Positions 9,201-17,971 of a stretch of 44,198 bases of DNA are shown here, one piece after another. The stretch comes from Escherichia phage vB_EcoS-EE09. The notes below the pieces were generated by a model. The model did no database searches. It saw only the letters and a program-made list of their open reading frames with translations, and was not told the DNA's origin. Every line of letters starts with the position of its first letter. The stretch's first letter is position 1. The stretch lies in the sequence record OR756193.1; one strand, 5' to 3'. Made by a program: the position numbers and the translations under genes.

Positions 9201-9703
9201 ACGGCGGCGAATCTGAACTCACGCGGGTCGGCGTTATCCGTATACACAACTATCTTATAGTCGATGCGCCCGCCCACCAGGTCGCCATTATCTTCGTTAG
9301 TGTACAGGGCTGGAATGCCGATGCGAATGCGAACAGCGTCCAGACTGGTATCGTTAATCTGGCGCACCCACGGCGTGCCGTTTTCCAGTTTTACGCCGGC
9401 AGATTGCTCACTTTCCACCGCCGAAAATCCGTGGATCACATCCTGGTGCTGTGTGCCGGGGCGGAACTCCACCCGCGCTCCAGGGAAGTTTTCGGACAGG
9501 TCAGCATTCTGGATCGGCGTTCCGTCCAGATATACACGCTGCCGCAATTCGCTGGCGCTGGTAATACTTTCGAATTCCCCTTCGCCCAGTGCGAGCAAGA
9601 TGCGGATTTTAGCCAGCGAATGCAGGCTATCGGGCGTCTCCTGTGGGGTGTGCTGTTTGCCGCCGCCGCCTTTATGCCCAGTGACGTCGTAGATAATCGT
9701 CAT
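6284..9703 (-). CDS. central tail fibre / host specificity protein, lambda J-like (1139 aa)
   Basis: Size and position after I/K/L/M-like genes; start overlaps the I stop (ATGA). Confidence 0.85.
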   Translation of the reverse strand: MTIIYDVTGHKGGGGKQHTPQETPDSLHSLAKIRILLALGEGEFESITSASELRQRVYLDGTPIQNADLSENFPGARVEFRPGTQHQDVIHGFSAVESEQSAGVKLENGTPWVRQINDTSLDAVRIRIGIPALYTNEDNGDLVGGRIDYKIVVYTDNADPREFRFAAVGKTMSLYERDHRIELPPNVNTGWRVEVHRITADSTSAKVVNDIRVQSITEIIDARLRYPLTALLFVEFDAKAFQNIPRVSIKCKGRKVLIPNNYDPINHTYSGDWDGTFKRAWTDNPAWHWYDICITERFGLGRRIKPQMLNRYALYQIAQRCDQLVSDGNGGREIRFKNDMYIQSQTDAWTVLKDLAAIFAGMTWWGNQMLNIVSDQPVAAVSHTITNASVIDGRFDYASGSQKTRYSTFAVAYGNPKNHYEDAIATGQRVELVRRHKINRLDITAIGCTRESEAQRRGHWALISNQLDQQVSFKVGMEGLFFIPGSVVAIADTNISGGFETRGGRLMSDPGTRTVLNTDSEITFRPGDKFLVRTDSGNVETREIASVNGNKVTLKTALDADPIPDQPFCVDGNDIQLQKFRITDLEYDDSTSTFSVRGIEYNDSKYDAVDNGARLDPGIFTQVPDGVMKGPESVTITPSQISSQGQLITNVDIVFPPVKDAVVYEIQWRRTSLQNMEIQWGNDWVNIPRTASNGAHIPNVFSGNYQARVRAIGMGEISSPWVSSAITPVEGRLGGLNAPIITNAISGLHQILWKWNHNNAATDISYTELEVRKTGETEWKFLSNVPYPGAEYAQTSLEFGIYQQLRARVVDKIGNRSDWSAPFEGQVSDKVDEYMKGLDDEFLTSEDGKRFQEAINTIPQGIYEAMLTDAQQLFNARAEYKGIYAEISVAYNVAADAHKAVAQLETLIGTRLDDAEAAIHTLQTAQSTQEQAFAQYQQTVAAKFGEQEAAIQQVQTATADVAGALAEYKTQVATQFGQQSAAIEQKMTSSFNHAGGSATYSLKAGVTYNGTYYDAGMQLSVVTSGNAVKSRIAFKADQFYIMHPSNGTLSSAFIVDGGAVYIDTARIKNASINFAQITDTLQSNNYDGSTRGWRLGKDGTFINLGTGSGGGMKQTNTRISVKDGNGVLRVQIGELTGSW

Positions 9704-10317
9704 TCGTTCAAGTCCTCGGTTACGATTCCGGCTGAAATGATAGCGCCGCCGATCTCACGCTCGCCCCATAATACACCAAGAGCCGTGCCTTGCGCGGTAG
9801 TGTTTACTGGGCCTCCGAACGCATACGACGCCTTGTTATCCACGTCCTGCCTTGTCTGCAATCCTTTCGGTTGCGGCGATAGCAATTGCATAACGCCACC
9901 CAGCGCCATCGACATCCCGAACGAAAACGTCGCCGTCCCGATAGCGGCAGCGGTCGCCGCCGAAGCCCCAAAAGCGGCAGTAGCAAGTCCGCCGGTATAG
10001 AACGACGCCACCACTATTGCCACACCCGCCAGCAATTGGCCCAGACCTCTTTTTGCACCCGTCATAACCGGCGCGATGGTAACTACGCGGTTGCCGTGGA
10101 ACTCGCCCAGCTCATCATAGCCGGTCATCGTGTGGTCGCCTTTGCGCACTTTGAACATTATGTTGTCCAGGTGGGCCGACATTAGAAAGTCTTGTAAGCC
10201 GGGTAACTTCACGCACAGGCCAGTGATACCCTCGCCCGGAGTGAAGCAGTCCAGCTTATGCACTTTACCGAATCGACGCCCTAAGACGCCGTACAATTTA
10301 AACGTTGTCATTGCCAT
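9700..10317 (-). CDS. tail assembly protein, lambda I-like
   Basis: Position between K-like and J-like genes; N-terminal MAMTTFKLYGVLGRRFG and hydrophobic glycine-rich C-terminal half. Confidence 0.75.
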   Translation of the reverse strand: MAMTTFKLYGVLGRRFGKVHKLDCFTPGEGITGLCVKLPGLQDFLMSAHLDNIMFKVRKGDHTMTGYDELGEFHGNRVVTIAPVMTGAKRGLGQLLAGVAIVVASFYTGGLATAAFGASAATAAAIGTATFSFGMSMALGGVMQLLSPQPKGLQTRQDVDNKASYAFGGPVNTTAQGTALGVLWGEREIGGAIISAGIVTEDLNE

Positions 10318-11048
10318 TCTGTTATATTCCCCGGTAGGTCTTTATGACGTACCCATTTAACCACATTGTCCCGGAAAAATCCTGACCGGAAGGGTATCAC
10401 GCTCGACAGGCTGCCGTAGATATGGTGGAGTAGTTGGTTGCCAGGAAGGAATATCCCGGCATGGTTAGGTACTGGCGCGCTGATCTGCATGATAACCATC
10501 GCCCCCGGCGTATTCTCCTCGCATTCCCTGAAGCCAGCACCGTACCAATTATCCATATACAGATTTTCGCCTGTCTCCCACCAGTTATACGGCACGCGGA
10601 AGTCTGGCAAATTTACTCCCTGCTTTTTGTGCCAGTCCATGACGAGGCCGTAACAATCCGTAATTCCGAGAACAAATCGGCGGCCTACCAGCGGCGGGTC
10701 TTCCGGGTCTATCTCGATAAAGTCGCCATATTCGTTAGTGATGGTCCAGACGACGCCGCTGCCGTTGCATCCGTTAACGTCGCCCAGTGAGGGGGTTAAC
10801 TCGCGCTGACCCGGGTGTGAGTGGACTACGCGAACGACGTCGCCCATATCCTCGGCATCCATCCAGGCCATATCACTAATAGTAAATGCGTCTTTACGCG
10901 AACGCGCCCCGGTCGGGTCTTCGAAGACGTTAGGGCACGGGACAAAAACTTGCTTACGACCCACCATGACCACCAGGCCGCAGGCTTCTTCCGGCAGACA
11001 CGCCGCAACGTGCGCGGCGATATCGCTTTTAACCTTTTTCGTTAACAT
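10308..11048 (-). CDS. tail tip assembly protein, lambda K-like (MPN/JAMM plus NlpC/P60-like)
   Basis: JAMM-like H-S-H-P...S-L-G-D motif (VVRVVHSHPGQRELTPSLGD) followed by a Cys/His-containing C-terminal half. Confidence 0.75.
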   Translation of the reverse strand: MLTKKVKSDIAAHVAACLPEEACGLVVMVGRKQVFVPCPNVFEDPTGARSRKDAFTISDMAWMDAEDMGDVVRVVHSHPGQRELTPSLGDVNGCNGSGVVWTITNEYGDFIEIDPEDPPLVGRRFVLGITDCYGLVMDWHKKQGVNLPDFRVPYNWWETGENLYMDNWYGAGFRECEENTPGAMVIMQISAPVPNHAGIFLPGNQLLHHIYGSLSSVIPFRSGFFRDNVVKWVRHKDLPGNITEWQ

Positions 11049-11050
11049 GG

Positions 11051-11839
11051 CTACCCCTTAATTAATCTGGACCCAGGAAAGCCGCCGAAGTCCAGCACCG
11101 CCGCTTTCGGGTCCGCAAGCCCTTGCCCAAATCGAAGATAACAGTCTGACAAACAGCCGCCGCATCGGTCCATGTTCATCGCGATGACTTCATTACCTCG
11201 CTCGTCGTAATACTTGATACCAGGCTTCGCAAGGTTCCAGGTGCACCCGTCCCCGCTGGCGTACTTCCCGTTGAGCGCCCACTCGCACATATTCATGATT
11301 TGGCGACGGGGAACGACCTGCCCTTCCATATCCGCAGGCGAGGATAGCGCGAAAGTGATCTGCTTGCCCGGATTGCGCCCGACCTGTGAGTCGATGTAAT
11401 ACTCCTGGACACGTTTTTGCGTCGGGTCCGGGTCCGACCCGTTATCCAGGAACTTCGCGAACGTGTCGATTATTTCAACCTTCGCTCCCAGTAGCTGGTC
11501 GTGATTCAATGATAGCCGGGTGATTATGCCGCCAATATCGACGATTGTTAGTTGCGGTTCTGCCGCCGTCGATGTGGAGAAGTTAAGGCCGGACAAATCG
11601 AAGGGCCAAAATTCGAACTCCTGCCCGCCGAAGAAGATGGATTTTGGCTTCAGCTTATCCTCGTCACCCCCAGCGGCAGCAATATCCTCCGCAGTGTGCG
11701 GGATAAAGCAGTAATGAAAATAGTGATGGCCCGCGCCGATCGCGCCGTCTCCTGGTTCCACGTCCTGAGCGTCAATGTGAATCAGGCGAACGCGGCCCGA
11801 TGGGTCGAAGCGTGTCGCCTCGCGATATAGTTTATTCAT
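11051..11839 (-). CDS. minor tail protein, lambda L-like
   Basis: Position and size (262 aa) between M-like and K-like genes; several Cys near the C-terminus. Confidence 0.7.
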   Translation of the reverse strand: MNKLYREATRFDPSGRVRLIHIDAQDVEPGDGAIGAGHHYFHYCFIPHTAEDIAAAGGDEDKLKPKSIFFGGQEFEFWPFDLSGLNFSTSTAAEPQLTIVDIGGIITRLSLNHDQLLGAKVEIIDTFAKFLDNGSDPDPTQKRVQEYYIDSQVGRNPGKQITFALSSPADMEGQVVPRRQIMNMCEWALNGKYASGDGCTWNLAKPGIKYYDERGNEVIAMNMDRCGGCLSDCYLRFGQGLADPKAAVLDFGGFPGSRLIKG

Positions 11840-12435
11840 CTTACGAATCCAATAGCAGTCTTAAGGGTGGCGGATACCGTTGCCGTGTAGTGCCCGTTGT
11901 CCGTGTACGACAAGCTCGAACGCTCGACCACGAATAAACCTGTTTCTCCATCCGGCGCGGTGACGACAAACGGCTTGACGAAGTGCCCGCGAAGGAAGTT
12001 ATAAACCAGTTTGGGGTCGCACCACTTATCAGTAGTTAGCCCGACGAATTGCACGGGGAACTGTTTCGTTTCGGCGTTCGGGCCGTCCGCGATGTTCTGT
12101 CCGTAGCCATTACCGAATTGCAATTCCTCGGACCGGAAAGCTAACTGCACGTCGCCACCGCCCTGCAATTGCATGTGCCAGTAATAGGGCCATTCGTTTG
12201 ATCGCGGGTCGTGTGCTTCGATTAGCTCATATGCCGCACCGGATTTCGTTGGACCGGCCCAGTTATCTTTCAGTGTAATGACCGTGTTCGAGTTGAACGA
12301 CGCAATTTTGCCGGTGTAGTCGTTGCCGTCAATGCGGGCAAATACGCGTACCTTCCCGATCTCGCTAAGGAACGCCGTTCCCACGCCCGTAACGGTCTTA
12401 CTCCCCTTAGTTAATGTGATTGTACCTTGTGACAT
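11836..12435 (-). CDS. minor tail protein, lambda M-like
   Basis: Position directly downstream of the tape measure gene; 199 aa. Confidence 0.7.
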   Translation of the reverse strand: MSQGTITLTKGSKTVTGVGTAFLSEIGKVRVFARIDGNDYTGKIASFNSNTVITLKDNWAGPTKSGAAYELIEAHDPRSNEWPYYWHMQLQGGGDVQLAFRSEELQFGNGYGQNIADGPNAETKQFPVQFVGLTTDKWCDPKLVYNFLRGHFVKPFVVTAPDGETGLFVVERSSLSYTDNGHYTATVSATLKTAIGFVR

Positions 12436-12471
12436 AAAAAAGCCCCCACGATGGATGTGAGGGCCATTTTA

Positions 12472-15036
12472 TCATCGTTTGTAAAGTACACCACCTGGTT
12501 TAGTCGCTTTCACGATCTCGGACTTCACCGCCTCGGTGATTTGCTTGCCGAACGCCTGCGCGGTACGGACGCCAGACGCGGCAACGCCCAGTTTTCCGTC
12601 TGGCCCGCGCTTCAGTGGCATGATGGCCTCGGGTCCCGCCTCCCCCATCAACCCCGCGCCCTTAGCGAACGCCTGGACGCCATAACTGAAAAAGGTAGGC
12701 TGGCTTACCACTTTCCCCGAATAGGCCGCGAGATTGCCTCCTGCGTACGCTCCGCCGTCCGCATTCTTGGTGAGGCCCGAGAAGATAGCGCCGAACAATC
12801 CGTTTTTGCCGCCGTCGCCACCAAAAGCGCTAACGATCGACTTGAAAGCCTGCGAGGTAGCCAGCTTGATTAATTCGCTCAGGATGGACTTAACCATATC
12901 CTTTGCGTTCAGCTTGCCCGTCTCGAAAAACTCGTTCATCGTGTCTTGCATAGCGCTGAACGTGAATTTTGTGAGCGTCGTCATCTGCGTATATCCGTTA
13001 CCCATATCATCCACACTATCCTTAAGCCCGCGGCTGAAGCCATCCCATAGCGAGGCGTTAGCTCCGGTCTGTGCTTCCTGCACTTCGCGCAGCTTAGACA
13101 CCGCCTTGTCTATATCGGTATCGTTAGCGCCAACCCGCTTCAGGCGATCAATTAGCTGCAATTCTTCGCGCAGGTTTGCCGCTTCGCGAGTGGAAAGCGC
13201 ATACCCCGCGGCGGTGGCTTTTAGTTCGGCGTTCTGGTTCTTAACGAAGGCATCGATCTGCGCGTGCGCCTTAACCTGCTGCTCTTTCGCATCCAGCAAT
13301 TTGGCTTCTTCGACGATCTGCTCGCGGACTTCCTTCACGCGCCCGAACTCGACTAATTGCTGCTTTTCTGCTGCCGTTAGTGCTCTTTCTTTGCTCGCAG
13401 CGATTAACTGCTCATTGTCGGCGATCAGCTTGTTTAAGGCCGCTTGAGCGCGTTGCGTGCGGGTCTGCGTAGACGCGTTGGCTTCGATCTGCTTGCCGGA
13501 TTCTCGAAGCTGGGCCAGTTCGCTCCGTGCGACTTCCAGCATTTTCATACCGGCATCCACGCGAACAGCCGCGGCCTTTTTCGGGGCTGGGTCTTTGTAC
13601 CGCTCGTTTACCTGCTTCACCGCCTCGGCTAGTTCTTTCTCATCAATAACGCCGCGCTTATTCAGCAAATTGAGGCGGGCGATCTCGTCGGCGCGCTTCT
13701 TAGCGTTGGTGGCGTATTCCTTCTCGAACGCGGCGCGGTCACGGGCAGTGCGGTTGGCCTCCTCGTTCGCCTTTGCGGATTCGTCTGCGGCGCGGGCGTT
13801 GTCTCGCTCAGCACGGTTACGCAGGGTTAGCGACGCCACCACTTTTTCCTGGGCGACCAGTTCGCTGTAAAGCATGTTAATACGTGCTTTCTGCGCTTCA
13901 GTCATTACCCCACCGGCAGCGTTTACCGCTTTCATCTCGGCATAGTAAGCCGTGGTCAGCCGCTGCAGTGATTCGCGCGCTTTCATCTCGGATTCATTGG
14001 AGGACTGCGCGCGACCCACATCCAGGATAGCGTCCCACATCGATTTGGCTGCCGATGTGACGACGTTCATCGACCGCTCAAGCGTACCCATGTTCGCCTT
14101 GATCTCATTGGTCATGCTGGTGAACGACGCAGCGGCTGTTTTGTTAGCCAACGCAACTGCGTCTGTCTCACGACCCGCATCAACGAGCGACTGTACCTGC
14201 TGGATCTGCGCTTCGTTTACGACGTGATACTTATCCGCCAGCGCACGCAGTCCGCCAACGGGGTCGGTTGACAGCTTCGCCACCGCCGCTACCACATCCT
14301 CGATCGGCTGGCTTGATACCTTCGCGAAGTCATTCACTACCTTTGCCAATGCGCCGAAGTCACCACCCGCTTTCACACCCGCCGCCGCCAGTGCCTGGAT
14401 TGTGTCACGCGTCTTGCGGAATGACCCGCCCATGCGCTCGGCGTTCTCGGATAACACCAGGATCTGGTTTGCCGTTAGGCCGGAAATATTACCGGAAAGC
14501 GCCAGCGTCTTGTTAAGCGCGGCGACCTGGTTCTCTGCGCGGGACGTAATTGCCACGCCCACGCCTAACGTTGCCGTTACCGCAGCGAGGCCAACCCCTA
14601 CTGGGCCGAGGAAGCCCGCAACATAACGCAGCGTGTTACCCAATCCACCGAACGCCCCAGTTAGCTGCGGTAACTGCTGAAGCATGACGCGGTGAACAGG
14701 CATCCCCATCTCAAGCGTAACTGCGATATCCTGTAACTGGAATGCGGCGTTACGCGAGGCAAAGCCCAGGTTTTTGGTCGACATGCCTAACCTGTTGGCA
14801 AGTCGCTCCTGTTTCGTCATGCCATCGGCGGCGCGCTGCGATTCAGTCGCCAGCTTCTCCATTCCGCCCGCGGCGTCACTCGTCACCTTTTTGGATTTGC
14901 CGAGTGTGTCGTTTAATTTCTTAACCTTGTTTTCTGTGTTCTCGGATTTCTGTGCGAATGAATCAAGCACAGTATTCGCCGTTCTGATTTGTGCAACATC
15001 CGCCTTTAGCGTGATGCCTGCTGCTTGATCTGCCAT
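12472..15036 (-). CDS. tail tape measure protein (854 aa)
   Basis: Long alpha-helical, Ala/Lys/Glu-rich protein with a glycine-rich C-terminal region, upstream of M/L/K/I/J-like genes. Confidence 0.85.
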   Translation of the reverse strand: MADQAAGITLKADVAQIRTANTVLDSFAQKSENTENKVKKLNDTLGKSKKVTSDAAGGMEKLATESQRAADGMTKQERLANRLGMSTKNLGFASRNAAFQLQDIAVTLEMGMPVHRVMLQQLPQLTGAFGGLGNTLRYVAGFLGPVGVGLAAVTATLGVGVAITSRAENQVAALNKTLALSGNISGLTANQILVLSENAERMGGSFRKTRDTIQALAAAGVKAGGDFGALAKVVNDFAKVSSQPIEDVVAAVAKLSTDPVGGLRALADKYHVVNEAQIQQVQSLVDAGRETDAVALANKTAAASFTSMTNEIKANMGTLERSMNVVTSAAKSMWDAILDVGRAQSSNESEMKARESLQRLTTAYYAEMKAVNAAGGVMTEAQKARINMLYSELVAQEKVVASLTLRNRAERDNARAADESAKANEEANRTARDRAAFEKEYATNAKKRADEIARLNLLNKRGVIDEKELAEAVKQVNERYKDPAPKKAAAVRVDAGMKMLEVARSELAQLRESGKQIEANASTQTRTQRAQAALNKLIADNEQLIAASKERALTAAEKQQLVEFGRVKEVREQIVEEAKLLDAKEQQVKAHAQIDAFVKNQNAELKATAAGYALSTREAANLREELQLIDRLKRVGANDTDIDKAVSKLREVQEAQTGANASLWDGFSRGLKDSVDDMGNGYTQMTTLTKFTFSAMQDTMNEFFETGKLNAKDMVKSILSELIKLATSQAFKSIVSAFGGDGGKNGLFGAIFSGLTKNADGGAYAGGNLAAYSGKVVSQPTFFSYGVQAFAKGAGLMGEAGPEAIMPLKRGPDGKLGVAASGVRTAQAFGKQITEAVKSEIVKATKPGGVLYKR

Positions 15037-15094
15037 TATGCAGTCCCCTTTTTTATGCAGTTGCCGGTTGACATTGTATCAGCGAATTTAAAAC

Positions 15095-15420
15095 AAACCT
15101 TATTCAGTCTCAGACGAGGGGGGCCGTTGACCCCCGTCTAGTCTGAAAGACTGGAGTTTGTCCCGCCTGTCCCGATCGGCTGAAAACCGCGGCAGCACTG
15201 GCGGGGACGGGGTGCTGTCCCGCTTTGTCCCGCCCCTGGTCTGTCCCGCTTTCTGTCCCGTTTGGTTTATGCAGATTTCGTGCATAGGTATGCACACTTA
15301 GAGGGTGGGACAAAGCGGGACGTCCCGCCTGTCCCGCTTTGGGTTTATGCAGTGGGAGTGAGTAGATATGCAGTTTTACAGAGGCGGGACAAAACGGGAC
15401 GTCCCGCCTGTCCCGCTTCA
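15095..15420. repeat. non-coding structured element: hairpin plus arrays of GTCCCGC direct and inverted repeats
   Basis: Hairpin AGACGAGGGGGG-ccgttga-CCCCCGTCT, then at least eight GTCCCGC units (for example GGGACAAAGCGGGACGTCCCGCCTGTCCCGC) and recurring TTTATGCA; a diverged second copy lies at about 31670-31800. Confidence 0.7.
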
Positions 15421-16097
15421 TTATGCGGGGTTCTGCTGCGCCATCTCATCAAGCGCGATTCGCTCCATTAGCTTGATATCTTTAAACGCGCGCTGCTCGT
15501 TTTCGATACCGTGCATCTTAAATAACCACTCCAGCACGCCGTAGTCGATGCCGTATGCGCCACCAAAACCGGTGCGCCATTGCGTGGAACAATCTGTGAA
15601 GACTGCGACTACCTTCGCGTTGTCGGGCCATAGCGCAACAGGCGGACAAACATCTTCGGGGGCCGCACCCCATAAACTTGCGGCTAAATCTTCGGAGGGT
15701 GGCGGCGGGCCATAAAAGCGTCGCGCCGCCTCAATTAGTTTTTTTCACGCAACCCCATCAGTTCGAGATAGTACGACGTGTGGAACACACCGAACGCGCG
15801 TGGATAGTTGACCACCAGGCGGCGGACGTTCTCCGCGTTAAATTCGTCCGGCAGATTCCAGCCTTCTGCGACGTGCATGATGGCCTCGACCATAACGTTA
15901 AAGCCGTCCGGGTCATTGTCGTCATATTCCGACAACTTGCGCTCCGTGTCCTGCATGGTCTGCGAAAATTCGTCGATAGGGCGGTGGCGTACTGTAAACG
16001 TCATTTTGCCCGGTTCGTTTTCGCCTGGGCGCGGGATCTCAATCGGCAGCTTAAAGGTAGGCTTAGGGTCAAGTGTGAAAAGTGGTGCTTTAGCCAT
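15421..16097 (-). CDS. tail assembly chaperone GT fusion, made by programmed -1 ribosomal frameshift
   Basis: G frame ends ...CGT GAA AAA AAC TAA; the slippery heptamer A-AAA-AAC (plus-strand T7 run at 15739-15745) opens a -1 frame that stays open for about 105 codons to TAA at 15421-15423 and has no start codon of its own near its 5' end. Confidence 0.7.
15735..16097 (-). CDS. tail assembly chaperone, lambda G-like (120 aa)
   Basis: ORF track trimmed to the ATG with RBS GGAGA 8 nt upstream; sits between major tail and tape measure genes. Confidence 0.75.
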   Translation of the reverse strand: MAKAPLFTLDPKPTFKLPIEIPRPGENEPGKMTFTVRHRPIDEFSQTMQDTERKLSEYDDNDPDGFNVMVEAIMHVAEGWNLPDEFNAENVRRLVVNYPRAFGVFHTSYYLELMGLREKN

Positions 16098-16109
16098 TGT
16101 AGTATTCTC

Positions 16110-16137
16110 CAATAAAAAAAGGGGCCGTGCAGGCCCC
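16110..16137 (-). terminator. rho-independent terminator after the major tail protein gene
   Basis: GGGGCC-tgcac-GGCCCC hairpin followed by a T7 run on the minus strand. Confidence 0.75.
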
Positions 16138-16167
16138 ATATTATCACTCGCTATTTAAGCGACCAAA

Positions 16168-16893
16168 TCAAGACAATGCCTCGACCAGATCCTTACGGTA
16201 GATAACCATATCAGACTGCATGGTCAGAGTGGACTCCACCGTCTCCACGTTGTTTACTTCAGCCGATGGAATCTTCTGGAAAGACACCTTAGCCGGGTAA
16301 ATGCGGATCTCACCTTTGCCGCTTGCCGCTGCCGGGTTAGTGAACTTAATCACAGTGGTTTTCTGTGTGTCGTCCAGGTCTTCCAGAATCGGGCGGATCG
16401 GGTCTTCTTCGTCATGGGTGAAGGTGTAAGTCTGGACCAACGGGTTTTTCGTGGTATTCAGACTAATCGCGGTATTCACCTGCAACGGCTGGAAGGTAGT
16501 AGTCTGCTGGTCGCCACCAGACACGGCGACGTTAGTGATAAACGGGAAGTCGATAAAGCTCGACACCTTCACCACTTCGCCTGGTGTGCCTACGCCGAAA
16601 GCACCGGTCGGGTATTTGGTGACGTCCGAGGTGTCGAAGCGCGCCAGTGTAACAGCGTTCTCGGCTACTTTACCCACGATGAACGCGCGGTTCAGCGCAC
16701 GTACCCACGGGGTTTTAGTGAACATAACAACGTCGCCTACAACCAGGCCATGCGAAGCCGCGCAGGTAATTACGCAACCTTGCGTAAGGTCAGAGATCGA
16801 CGCGGCAGCGTTGGTAGCTGCCGTAACAGCGATGCCGCTGCCAAGTACGGACCCAATCTGGACGCTAGACCCGTTAGGAAGTTGATAACCCAT
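16168..16893 (-). CDS. major tail protein (241 aa)
   Basis: ORF track trimmed from a GTG to the ATG with RBS AGGAG 8 nt upstream; followed by a strong terminator then G/GT, the usual major-tail arrangement. Confidence 0.7.
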   Translation of the reverse strand: MGYQLPNGSSVQIGSVLGSGIAVTAATNAAASISDLTQGCVITCAASHGLVVGDVVMFTKTPWVRALNRAFIVGKVAENAVTLARFDTSDVTKYPTGAFGVGTPGEVVKVSSFIDFPFITNVAVSGGDQQTTTFQPLQVNTAISLNTTKNPLVQTYTFTHDEEDPIRPILEDLDDTQKTTVIKFTNPAAASGKGEIRIYPAKVSFQKIPSAEVNNVETVESTLTMQSDMVIYRKDLVEALS

Positions 16894-16954
16894 AATGAAC
16901 ACTCCTGTTTAGATATACGGTTCAATGATACAGCACGCGCAGAATAGCGCCAAA

Positions 16955-17377
16955 TCAGGCGCAACAGGTGTAGGGGACTGTAACCACAATGCGGGCACGA
17001 TCAACATCCTCAACCACTGAACTGGTATAGGGCGCATCCTGAAGCTGGAATGCCGCGCCGGAAATCTTTACCGCCAGCCACTTATCCGACGTAGCGATGG
17101 CGTCAGCCAGTTCGCTCGCGTACTGTGTGCCAGTGCCCGCCGGGAACACCACGGCAACCTGATATACGCCAGCATAGATCCGGCCCTTCTGCTGGAAGCC
17201 CACAAACTGGGTCGGGGCCGGTAGCAGGTACGGCTCCAGGTAGACACCGCTGCCGTTTGCGTGGTCGCCGCCCACGTTCTCCCAGTTAACCTTTATCGGG
17301 CGCGCGCTAGTGTTCAGGCTAACCGATAGCTCTTCGACAACGCTGTTAAGCGCCTTGCGGATTAGAGTATTGCTCAT
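16955..17377 (-). CDS. putative tail completion / tail terminator protein
   Basis: Position immediately upstream of the major tail gene; 140 aa. Confidence 0.45.
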   Translation of the reverse strand: MSNTLIRKALNSVVEELSVSLNTSARPIKVNWENVGGDHANGSGVYLEPYLLPAPTQFVGFQQKGRIYAGVYQVAVVFPAGTGTQYASELADAIATSDKWLAVKISGAAFQLQDAPYTSSVVEDVDRARIVVTVPYTCCA

Positions 17378-17970
17378 TATTTCACCTTCGAATTGATTTC
17401 TGCCGCTACGACGCGAACAATCCCCGCGGGCGCTTGTTTACTCCAGCCATATTCCAGTCGCTGGGCATACGGCACATTGTTAGTAAACCAGATCGACACG
17501 TATTCACCAGAATCGTAATGCGCCAGCACTTCACGCCCTGCGGCTAATGTTGCCGTTCCGGCCTTGTCCACGCGGTCAATAGCGCCGACAGCCGGGCGGT
17601 CGAACGTAACCTGCCAGTTTCCCCGGAAGCGTCCGCCGGTGTAATTCTTCGCGGCCCAGCCACGCTGGCGGAACGTGACGTTGCCGTTTTTAGTTTTAAA
17701 TGAGATGAGCACACTGGCGTGCTTCTTCTGCCCGCGCTTCAGTTTGCCGCCATTCTTGCGGCGCTGTGCGGCGTTCACCTTGTTCGCGTGCTGGCGGGCC
17801 ATCGCATAAGCCTTGTTAATCTTCCACCGGCGAGGATCGCCCACCGGGGAGATCTCAATAAGGCGTCCGAGTATTTGCATCCCGTACGCCCGCACCGCCT
17901 TATCGTTGTTCTCCTTCGTCTTATCCACCCACGTAGCAATAGTGGCGGCGAATGAGTAGACTTCAGCCAC
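17377..17970 (-). CDS. putative head-tail joining protein (HK97 gp10-like)
   Basis: Position; basic central region and C-terminal FTNNVPYAQRLEYGWS-type sequence. Confidence 0.45.
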   Translation of the reverse strand: MAEVYSFAATIATWVDKTKENNDKAVRAYGMQILGRLIEISPVGDPRRWKINKAYAMARQHANKVNAAQRRKNGGKLKRGQKKHASVLISFKTKNGNVTFRQRGWAAKNYTGGRFRGNWQVTFDRPAVGAIDRVDKAGTATLAAGREVLAHYDSGEYVSIWFTNNVPYAQRLEYGWSKQAPAGIVRVVAAEINSKVK

Positions 17971-17971
17971 G

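Noticed and set aside
12734-13870. Plus-strand ORFs of 137-237 aa antisense to the tape measure gene
   Set aside because: Ser/Ala/Leu-rich composition is what the reverse complement of an Ala/Glu/Lys-rich helical gene produces; no start context.
15146-15420. Possible CRISPR array, given the short GTCCCGC repeats
   Set aside because: Units are only 7 bp, irregularly spaced, and partly inverted; there are no 25-40 bp repeats with unique spacers and no cas genes other than a stand-alone Cas4-like nuclease.
15110-15421. 103-aa minus-strand ORF inside the GTCCCGC repeat region
   Set aside because: Translation is low-complexity (Pro/Arg/Gly-rich) and arises from the repeats themselves; no RBS; the region is better explained as non-coding, with the GT extension ending at 15421.
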